Source: Octopus vulgaris
Lineage: Eukaryota
Direction: 5' to 3'
NCBI GenBank assembly: GCA_951406725.2
Contig: OX597830.1
Location: forward strand, 15,810,001-15,874,000
DNA length: 64,000 bases
Positions 53,494-64,000 of the stretch are shown here, piece by piece. The translations under genes and the position numbers were made by a program. Within the stretch, counting starts at the first letter, position 1; each line of letters begins with the position of its first letter. The notes under the pieces are model-generated. The model made no database searches. It was not told where the DNA came from and worked only from the letters and a program-made list of their open reading frames with translations.

Positions 53494-54548
53494 ATAATCA
53501 ACAGATTCTACAACCTTTGTACCCATGAGATATACCAGAATAACACAGCTTACTGCTGACATAACGAGGGAGGGTTGTCTCTACGTAATAGCTCGAGATG
53601 CTACAAAAAAACCCAGCAATTTTCCTCTTCAAATAACCTAAAATAACCATTCTAAATAAAGACAGATACAGTAGACCAGTCATGGGCAAACTGTGGCCCG
53701 CTGGGTTTCCCGAATAACACACGGCACTAATGCGGCTCGCCTGATTATGAGCCATGTCTGATGTGGCCCACTTTTCAAAGAAAGGTCAAAGAAATGCCCC
53801 CAGTAGGCTATGTAGTCCTCAATAAGCAAATATAAAATTTAATTTAATTTAGTTATGAATATAAGCGAGACTTTTATTTGCTGCAATGCCATAGATCATA
53901 GGTCTGCCGGTTCAGGGCTGTCCTAGGGCTAAAAATAACTGAACAGTCGCTGGTTTTTCTAGTTCTTGCTGCTGTGACGTCATAGCGCTTGCTTCTTTTA
54001 TGTTGCGTTCAACTTTGAACTTTACCAAGAATTCTAATCGATTGGAAATATCATCAAAAGTAGTATTTCAGACCAATTAGCAAAGCAGTTCTGCAGAGAA
54101 AGGAAAGATTCCAGAGAATCAGTGCATGTTTACTCCAACTTTAGAACAGTCCAAAATTGAATCAGTTCATTTAAGTGTTCACTGCAACTGTAAGTCTAAT
54201 TGAAATGACCTCTGCGTTATGAGTGTTTGTGTGTCTGTGTGGCTGTCAATGAGTTTATATGATTGTGTTTGCGTGAGAGAGAGAGAGAGAGAGTGTGTGT
54301 GTGTGTGTGTGTTTGTTGGCGTGTGTGTGTGTGTGTTTCTGTAGTGTGTATGTGTGCTTGTGTGTCAGTTGTGTGTCGATATAAATGCGTTTCGTGTGAG
54401 TGTTTGGATACACGACCGTTATATTTCGACATACATGCAACGCTATATATATAGCAATATCATAAATATACATATTATTTGTCATTCTCTTCAGTTATGT
54501 GCATGCGTGTTTGTATGTATGTAATACGCACACACAGAAAGACACATT

Positions 54549-54610
<62 letters not shown>

Positions 54611-54676
54611 AATATATTTATATATATGTTTATGTATGTATGTGTGTATGTGTATATGTATATGCATGCGCGCATA

Positions 54677-54707
<31 letters not shown>

Positions 54708-54762
54708 TTATATGTGTATGTATGTATGTATGTGTGTGTATGTATATATGTATATGCATGCA

Positions 54763-54811
<49 letters not shown>

Positions 54812-54832
54812 ATTTATTTATATATATATATT

Positions 54833-54864
<32 letters not shown>

Positions 54865-55007
54865 CATATATATATATATATTTATACACACACACATATA
54901 GATAAATAGAATGTATGCATCTATACGCACATTTTTCTGCATATACTTATACACATACCCAGTATATTCATAAAACATACATACATACATACATACGCAC
55001 ACTTACA

Positions 55008-55084
<77 letters not shown>

Positions 55085-55780
55085 CGACAACACAACACAC
55101 ACACAACACAACACACTGAGGTGCCAATATCGCAGATGGATATTTCTCTGCCAGCCAGAAATGTGTGTATTTGCTTCGGGCTGTTTCTGCGTATCTGCTC
55201 TGCTTAGTCGTGTGTCTGTTTGATCAGCTTTTGTGTAGGCAAACATACATGAAAGTGTGTGTCTGTGTGTGTGTGTATGTGTGTGTGCACGTGTATGTAT
55301 TTATGTGTTTGTAAATGTGTTTCTGTGCGTGTTTATTATTCCTTGGCTTCGGAATACTCTCTTAGGCGGGTATTCACGAGGATTTATCTTTTCTAATATT
55401 GTAAATGCTATTTCTAGTGTCCATGTTTGTAGGAGGGATTGTAACTCTCTAATTTATGACATATTTTGGTTAGTACATAATGTGTGTGTGTTTGTGTGTT
55501 TGTGTGTGTGTCTATTTATATACGAGTACGATGAAAATTTGTCGATAGATATTGTAGAGTTAATAATCCCAGGAATGAAAAACTGAAAATAAAATTTCTA
55601 TGCGATTGTTATACTTGGAGTTTCGCGTTGCCGCTTTTCTAGTCTCAGTCAAAACGAGACTAACAAATGCCCCGATTCTAATATGTAAGACCTAATGATG
55701 CAAAATTTTAAATATGAACCGATGGACAGAGGTATTTAGCCTTTAAGGGTAAAAGTAAATTTAAAAGCAGAAATAAATAT

Positions 55781-55940
55781 AGGAGTGGCTGTGTGGTAAG
55801 TAGCTTGCTAACCAACCACATGGTTCAGGGTTCAGTCCCACTGCGTGGCATCTTGGGCAAGTGTCTTCTGCTATAGCCCCAGGCCGACCAATGCCTTGTG
55901 AGTGGATCTGGTAGACGGTAACTGAAAGAAGCCTGTCGTA

Positions 55941-55981
<41 letters not shown>

Positions 55982-56212
55982 ATGTGTATGTTTGTGTGTG
56001 TGTGTTTGTCCTCCTAGCATTGCTTGACAACCGATGCTGGTGTGTTTATGTCCCCGTCACTTAGCGGTTCGGCAAAAGAGACCGATAGAATAAGTACTGG
56101 GCTTACAAAGAATAAGTCCTGGGGTCGATTTGCTCGACTATAGGCGGTGCTCCAGCATGGCCGCTGTCAAAATGACTGAAACAAGTAAAAGAGTAAAAGA
56201 GTAAAAAGAGTA
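55781..56212 (+). mobile_element. SINE family A
   Basis: Similar to other A copies. Confidence 0.9.
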
Positions 56213-56347
56213 AATATCACTGAAATAAAATTTAAAAAAACAACGTGGAAGAATGAAGATGGGAAAATGGAGAACGGCAAGGATAAAGATGCGAAAGAAA
56301 CCGTAAAACAAACACGCACTTATCATTTTGTATGATACACAGATGGA

Positions 56348-56610
<263 letters not shown>

Positions 56611-56611
56611 A

Positions 56612-56996
56612 CTAGCAGTATCGCCCGGCGTTGCTCAGGTTTGTAAGGGAAATAACTATAAAGCATTTTTAGAGAGTTATAGCCAAAAAATAGCAAAAAA
56701 ATGGAAAAAAATGATGGTAAATTTTTTTTTGATAGTTAAAAAAGGTGGAGTTGCGTCCCCTACACAGTTTGTGGTTTGTGTTCCTGATTCTCGACCCCAT
56801 GTCGAATTTATCGATTTTTTTCAGAACTGGGGGAACTTTTCAAAATTTTCGCTGCGTTAGTTTTGAATTATGACATTGGGCTATGTGTGTGTCAAGTTTC
56901 ATCAGAATCGGTTGAAAGCCGTGGTCAGGGTGAGGGTACAAGCAAACAGACACACAGAAACACGCACAGACAAACTGCCGTTTATATAGAGAGAGA
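56612..56996 (-). mobile_element. Non-autonomous Helitron, same subfamily as 47605
   Basis: Highly similar to 47605-47974; TC...CTAG ends. Confidence 0.85.
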
Positions 56997-57574
56997 TAAT
57001 GTGTGTGTGTAAGTGTATGAGTGTGAGTGATTGCGCGTATTTTTATTTTATTTTTTTGCTGCCAATCGCCTGTGTTTTCATAATTATTTAATGACCACCC
57101 TCAAGACATCCCTTTGATGCGCTATGAATATACATAAGGGTATATGATCATATGTATACATGCATGTGTGTGTTTGTGTGTATATATGTATAAGAGTATG
57201 TATGTAAGTATGTATGTATCTATCTATCTCTTTATTTATCTTCAATCTATATATTTATATGATCAATAATAATAAAGGGTAAAGTTAATTAATTAATTAA
57301 TTAATTAATTAATTAATTAATAGTTAATAATTTTACCAAGTAGTTCGGTATGTTAAAAGAACCATTATCAGTAAACTTAAACAAAAATTCTTATAATTAT
57401 GAGTATAATTATAATTAGGGTTCAGCTAAAAATTTGCTTCACCACATACCGAAATTTAGAAATAGCAGCCAAAACTAGCTATTTCTCTACCATAACAAAA
57501 TCTCCCAGATAACAATACTCAACAACTCACGTAGGCAAAGAGAAAAAAATAACGAATTCACTCCGCTTAGATTA

Positions 57575-57655
57575 ACTGTGGACGCGTTTCGGAGTTAGAT
57601 ATGAAAAATGCAAAAACCACATTTCCATTCTATCATTCTCGCTCTTCAGCACAGT
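57575..57655 (-). ncRNA. Type I hammerhead ribozyme motif (Penelope-type) with long stem II
   Basis: ACUGUG-CUGAAGA-[long imperfect hairpin]-GAAA-CGCG-UC-CACAGU. Confidence 0.7.
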
Positions 57656-58161
57656 ATTTCAAGATTTTAAATTTGAGGGCACTGTAAAAAAATTGAACAT
57701 ACCTTTTGTCTCAAAAAAGATATCGTTCGCGTATCAGCTGCAACTCTTCGTTTTGAGCTCAAATCTTGCTAAGCACCATTTTCCCTTCATCTTTCTGGGT
57801 CTCATAAAATAACTACGATTCAGATACTGGATCGATATCATTGAACCTTTATTTCTCTCAAATATGCGACCATTAGCTTTTGTTATAAATATTTTCATGT
57901 TTTACTTAAATCCTATTTACCGATCCATTACCAGATTAATTCTTGAGCTAAACTGGGCATTTTAATCTAGTCTGGTTCTAGACTTTGTGTCTTGCCCAAC
58001 ACTTTGGTTCTGTGATATCGTTAAAGAAATACACTTTGCTGGTAACATTCATGTGATGTCTTCAGTCTGAGAATACTTGGATATTATGATGTGTTACTTC
58101 CTACCTCGGCATCCCATAATTTGAGGCCACTTTCTCATAGTATCCCCATAACATTCTATTT

Positions 58162-58752
58162 CAGCGGTTCTCAACCGGGGTCTATAAGGCCCATGGGGGA
58201 TCCATATAAATTTTTTCGTTAAAATTTATCTGCGACAAATTGGATACACTTCTACAATGCACAAAATACTTTAATAATTATTTCTATACAATACCTTACA
58301 TTATTCTGTTGTGTCTGGGGAGAGTCATTTTCTTTTTGTGCCTTATTATTTAACACACTCACCGGTAAAATTTCCACTTTTTTCTTTCTTTTTTTAAATT
58401 TTTGTTTTCCTAAAATTTTCGTTGCGTCTTGCAACCTTTTCAATAGTTTTGACTCTCAAAACCATTGAAAAGGTTGCAAGACGCAACGAAAATTTTAGGA
58501 AAATAAGAATAAGAAAAAAGTAGAAATATTCCCGGTGAGTGTATTACATTATAAGGCACAAAAAGAAAATGACTCTCCCCAGACACAACAGAATATGCTT
58601 CAACACACGAACTCATATAAAGAATCTTGCAAACCAAATCCCAAAACCTTATATTATCTAATTGTAAAAGTGTAATAGGATTTTTAAAGCATCGAATGGT
58701 TATGAGGATCCACCCAGGTGGAATAAGAATCAAAAGAGTCCATAGGAAACAC
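58162..58752. mobile_element. hAT-like MITE host interrupted by a foldback element
   Basis: Begins CAGCGGTTCTCAACCGGGG; degenerate ...AACACTG end. Confidence 0.45.
58302..58595. mobile_element. ~294-bp foldback (palindromic) element
   Basis: Arms TATTCTGTTGTGTCTGGGGAGAGTC.../...GACTCTCCCCAGACACAACAGAATA around a 3-nt loop (58453-58455). Confidence 0.85.
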
Positions 58753-58764
58753 TGTTATAGAGGG

Positions 58765-59087
58765 TTCGGAAACTTTCTAAAAGATTATGTATGCTACTCT
58801 ACCTCCTCTGTTTTAACCATAAAAATATTCAGAGTTAGGTAATTAGAGCCATCAAGATACATGATAACTATAAATATTTTAGTCTACGTAGATGAGGAAC
58901 CCGTGAATAGAGTACGACTTATATGGCGGTAATAAAACCAGTTTCTGATTTTCTGTTGATAATTAGAAAAGGATTGATATCTGTGTGATAAATCAAGCGA
59001 TGTATGTAGTGTATGAGATACGATATTGATCTCTGTAATTGATAGTTTTCTCACTAAGTAAATCCACTTTGTTTAATGAGTTAAAAC

Positions 59088-59154
<67 letters not shown>

Positions 59155-59500
59155 CTTCATGATAATGATATGTAGATTTTTATCAATTATCACATCGGGA
59201 TACCCATTTATCAAGAATACAGAAAATAATTTGTTTTCTCACTCAACATCAGTTCGGTAATTTTGATGCTATTTACATCATGTCAAGTGAAATGAAACAT
59301 CTTGCGATATCATTTATCACTTGAGTTATATTTTTTTGTTTTTAAATGAACTTAAAATGTTGCTGAACGTAGTGAATCAAGTACCATGCATTGGTAAAGA
59401 CAAGAAACGTCTACAAACGGGTAAAATATTTCTACCCCGAAGTGGTCTGTTTTCGAATGAACCAAATAAAGCGATGCTAGCGGATGATTTCGGAGACATT
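58765..59500 (-). mobile_element. Penelope-like element remnant
   Basis: FVDVSCLY (cf. PLE RT DVxSLY) upstream of FLINGYPDVII; inverted copy of 8700-9248. Confidence 0.55.
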
Positions 59501-59573
59501 CGTGAAATATACAATGTTTTCTGGGCGAGCACAAATGTAAGCCTTTCTGATTCTGCTCAACAAGTAGATTTCT

Positions 59574-60173
59574 TATTTCTTTACTACCCACAAGGAGCTA
59601 CACAGAGAGGGGACAAACAAGGTCAGACAAACGGATTAAGTCGATTACATTGACCCCAGTACGTAACTGGTACTTATTTAATCGACCTCGAAAGGATGAA
59701 AGGCAAAGTCGACCTCGGCGGAATTTGAACTCAGAACGTAGCGGCAGACGAAATACCTATTTCTTTACTACTCGCAAGGGAATAAACACAGAGGGGACGA
59801 ACAAGGACAGACAGACGGATTAAGTCAATTACATCGACCCCAGTGCGTAACTGGTACTTATTTAATCGACCTCGAAATGATGAAAGGCAAAGTCGACCTC
59901 GGCGGAATTTGAACTCAGAACGTAGCGGCAGACAAAATACCTATTTCTTTACTACTCACAAGGGGCAAAACACAGAGAGGACAAACAAATACCGACAAAC
60001 GGATTAAGTCGATTATATCGACCCCAGTGCGTAACTGGTACTTATTTAATCAACCTCGAAAGGATGAAGGCCAAAGTCGACCTCGGTGGAATTTGAACTC
60101 AGAACGTAGCGGCAGACGAAATACCGCTAAGAATTTCACCCGCCGTGCTAACGTTTCTGCCAGTTTGCCGCTT
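59574..60173 (-). mobile_element. SINE B trimeric head-to-tail array, single head
   Basis: Same junction as the 52525 array; TSD aacaagtagatttct/aacaagtaggtttct at 59559-59573 and 60176-60190. Confidence 0.9.
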
Positions 60174-60399
60174 TAAACAAGTAGGTTTCTAGTCGTGTGT
60201 GGGTAGGTTTACTCTCACTATATCTTATTTCATTTTCATAATTCTATCATGTTCTAATTATTCTGTAAGTTTACATTTTCCTATTTATTCAGCATTTAAT
60301 TTTATTAAATCTTAATCAGTCAATCGCTTAACGTCTACATACTGATAAAATTATTGAACATCTGTCGTCCATCAATCGTGCGATGTGGACAACCTATCT

Positions 60400-61145
60400 A
60401 TTTTTGATCTCCTTGGTGGTTCTTATGATGTTGTTGACTTCGCGTGCTGTAGAATCCAGGCGATGGTTTTCGTGTTCCGTAATATGGTTCCAAGCAGGAT
60501 TCCTTCCATTTTCCCTTGGACTACGATGAGGACGTTCATGATGGTAGCGTTGAAAGCCCATGTTTCACTGCCGTTAATAGTCATCCCTTCGTCTTTATGT
60601 AACCTTGTTTAGCTCCATACGTATTGTAAACCCCATGCATTGTTACACTTGTGTTGCGTTGAAACATGTAGTGTTGTAGAAGTGTATGGACAGATATGGA
60701 TCTCCCCACTTCAGCTAATCTCTTGGCTTCGTCTTTACTCACGAAAATCAGGTAGACAGTACCTATTTCTTTACTATCCACAAGGGGCTAAACCTAGAGA
60801 GGACAAACAAGGACAGACAAACGGATTAAGTCGATTATATCGACCCCAGTGCGCAACTGGTACTTATTTAACCGACCCTGAAAGGATGAAAGGCAAAGTC
60901 GACCTCGGCGGAATTTGAACTCAGAACGTAGCGGCAGACGAAATACTGCTAAGCATTTCGCCCTGCGTGCTAACGCTTCTGCCATCTCGCCGCCTTCAAA
61001 GTACCGTACATTTTACCTCGTCCAATAGACAAAATTCTGTCCCATACATTGGCTAGTGCCACTTTCATTTCATTTTTACTGGGCTCAGAAAAGACTCTCT
61101 TTTCGCGAGTACATACACTACTTTCTCCTTTACCATTCAGTGTAT
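60400..61145 (-). pseudogene. LINE ORF1-like remnant (probably Tx1/L1) with SINE B inserted at 60764-60996
   Basis: Inverted paralogue at 62085-62365 shows the empty site; TSD agtacc. Confidence 0.5.
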
Positions 61146-61959
61146 TTTATATACCTCTTTGACACTTTCTGGTTGATAAAGGAAACATTACTATTGATGT
61201 TAGTGTTGATTTTCTTCCTTCGTAAGCCGTCTTTATATTGATCCGGCTCAAGAATTTCATTTTGTCGACGTCCGCAAAGATCAGATTAAAATTTGTCTCA
61301 TATCACGTGGAATTATTCTTCAACGAGATGAGAGTTTTCAATGATCCATTTTGCGCTATACTTATCTTTCATCTTTCAATTGTTTCAGTCATTTGACTGC
61401 GGCCATGTTGGAGCGCCATACTGGATGGTTTTAGTCAAACAAATCAACTCCAATAGTTTTTCTTTAAGTCGTAGTTATTCTGTCGGTCTCTTATGTCGCG
61501 GTGGTGAGACACAAATACACACACACTCACACACACACACAGACGCACGCACACACACATACACACATACACACACATACACAAATATATATTTGATATA
61601 CAACGGGCTTTCAGTTTTCGTTTACCAAATCCCCTCACTAGACTTTGGTTAGTCTGGGCCTATAGCAAAGAAAAAAAAAGCCTACGTAATTTGTCACAAT
61701 TGTGATTGAACCCGGAACCTTGTTGTTGGGATGCAAATTTCCTTCCGCAAAACCACGCCTGCGCCATATTTGAAAATATTTTAGCCGAGATTCAGTATAA
61801 ATCGTTCATCAGTCACGACCCCTCAACGAACAAAGAGACATTTTCGTAGACAGCAAACAAAAATTTTTATTTTTTTATTAATCGAAATACGAACATCTAA
61901 GACAAAGACTTGTCTGGTGTTTCTGACACAAATGTTTGTTGGAAGCCTTGCGTTGCAAT

Positions 61960-62420
61960 TAAAGCGGCAATATTAGCAGCACGGTTTTCAACACACGAGT
62001 TCGCAAACGTCGCGTCAAATGCAAAGGCTCTGGACTTAAATAGCTCTCCAACAGCAGACAAGTTTCGCGACCCCCAAGATTTTCTCACTGAATAGCAAAG
62101 GACAAAGTAATGTACGTATGCCTCGAGAAAATAGCGAGGGTCTTTTCTGAGCCTAGTAAAAAGGAAATGAGAGTGGCACTAGCCAATAAATGGGATAGAA
62201 TTTTGTCTATCGAACGAGGTAAAATGTACGATACTGTCTATCTGTTTTTCGTGAGTGAAGACGAAGCAAAGAGACAGGCTGAGGGGATGAGATCCTTATC
62301 TGCCCATAAACTTATACGACAGTACATGTGTCAACGTAACACAAGTGTAACATTTAGGGGTACAACAGAAAAGTGTGAGAAGGAGCACAATCCCCGAAAA
62401 TATATATTCGTGTGGTAGGC
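61960..62420 (+). pseudogene. LINE ORF1-like (RRM-like) remnant
   Basis: RVFSEPSKKEMRVALANKWDRILSIERGKMYDTVYLFFVSEDEAKR; paralogous to 60625-61142. Confidence 0.45.
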
Positions 62421-63194
62421 ATTGCCTGGATATACAAATAAACGAGCAAGAAATAGGGTTTGGATGTTAGAAACATACTACACAGGAATCCTAATAAAAG
62501 TAGTCGGCTTTATTAAAAGAATTTCCCGAAGAAGTGCGTTGCTTATTACATCAACCCAGTCGAAAAAAATGTTAACTGGCGCTTATGTTTAAAGTCTGTG
62601 CTGTCTTAATTATGGCATCTCTTATCTTTTACTTGTTTCAGCCATTAGACTGCGGCCATGCTGGGGCACCGCCTTGAGGAATTTTTAATGGAATGAATCG
62701 AGCTCACATTTATTTTGTTAAGCCTGGCACTTATTCTATCAGTTTATTTTGACGAACCGCTAAGTTACAGGGACGTAAACACACCAAGACCGGTTGAAGA
62801 CACTCACTCAAGGTACCACACAGTTTGCCTTCCACCATGGTGTAAGAAACAAACTTTTTACAACAAAATCCACGCCTGTAACCTATGGTTGTATTTTAAT
62901 TATTATGTATAATAATCAAAGGATTAGCTCTTGAATTTGGATGCAGTTATTCAAAATCATCAACTCCAGTATTTAACTGGTACTTTCTATTATCGACCCC
63001 AAAAGGATGAAAAGTAAAGTTGATTTCGGAACTCAGAGAGTAAAGACGCAGAACAAATACCGCAAAGTATTTTTCCAGCTCACTAAAGATTCTGTCGATC
63101 TACTGCTCTTACTGTAACTAACGTTGATACGAGACCTGGAATTTAAGAATATGGGATTAATCGAATACATATATGAAGCGTTGAAATAAATATC

Positions 63195-63555
63195 CGCAAG
63201 GAGTGGCTGTGTGGTAAGTAGCCTGCTAATCAACCACATGGTTCCGGGTTCAGTCCCACTGCGTGGCATCTTGGGCAAGTGTCTTCTGCTATAGCCTCGG
63301 GCCGACCAATGCCTTGTGAGTGGATTTGGTAGACGGAAACTGAAAGAAGCCCGTCGTATATATGTATATATATATGTGTGTGTGTGTGTTTGTGTTTGTC
63401 TCCCTAGCATTGCTTGACAACCGATGCTGGTGTGTTTACGTCCCCGTCACTTAGCGGTTCGGCAAAAGAGACCGATAGAATAAGTACTAGCGGTGCTCCA
63501 GCATGGCCGCAGTCAAATGACTGAAACAAGTAAAAGAGTAAAGAGTAAAGAGTAA
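63195..63555 (+). mobile_element. SINE family A with internal 3' deletion
   Basis: Lacks ~45 bp between two ACT-type microhomologies near 63490. Confidence 0.85.
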
Positions 63556-63696
63556 GGTAGTGTCTGACGCACGAACGAATCGTTCAGATATCGAACCCAC
63601 AATCTTAGGATCCTGAGCCAAATACAAGCATGAAACTATCTAGTATCATGTATAATGCATACACAGTAACACGCTCTCATGCACGCACGAACACAG

Positions 63697-63750
<54 letters not shown>

Positions 63751-64000
63751 ACACATACAGGCTTACAGGCATTCAGGTATACGTACATAATTTCATATAC
63801 GCATGCGTACATACAGATCAGAGAAATTCATAATTAGAAAGAATCCAGTGTTAAGAACACAAAATAGAACAACAACAACAAAAAAATGACTAGATATAAA
63901 ATTATCACATGTTTTTCTTTGAAACTGGCCAACGTGTTACACCTTTCACATATTCCGAGGAAAGTAATTGAGTAAGTTAAAAACAAACGGCGTTACATAA

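Overview
Eukaryotic, AT-rich, repeat-dominated DNA. The microsatellite spectrum ((ACAT)n, (AAT)n, (TA)n, (CA)n) and the SINE families suggest a cephalopod, probably Octopus (inference). No intact host gene is recognisable, and most listed ORFs are microsatellite or SINE translation artefacts. Retroelements: at least four tRNA-type SINE families (labelled A, B, C, D here), a 5'-truncated but stop-free CR1-type RT ORF (9789-11313), and decayed Tx1/L1-, R4/Dong-, L2/CR1- and Penelope-like elements. DNA elements: mariner fossils, GGATC-ended MITEs with 8-bp TSDs, and non-autonomous Helitrons. Highlights: (1) SINE B builds head-to-tail arrays with the same junction at independent loci, consistent with self-targeted insertion; (2) two canonical Penelope-type minimal hammerhead ribozymes plus two variant-core motifs in foldback elements; (3) a SINE A/CR1 shared 3' stem-loop with compensatory changes, and a SINE B/Tx1 shared tail; (4) one SINE head joined to three different tails; (5) a candidate TATA promoter with a short first exon on the minus strand near 2.8 kb.
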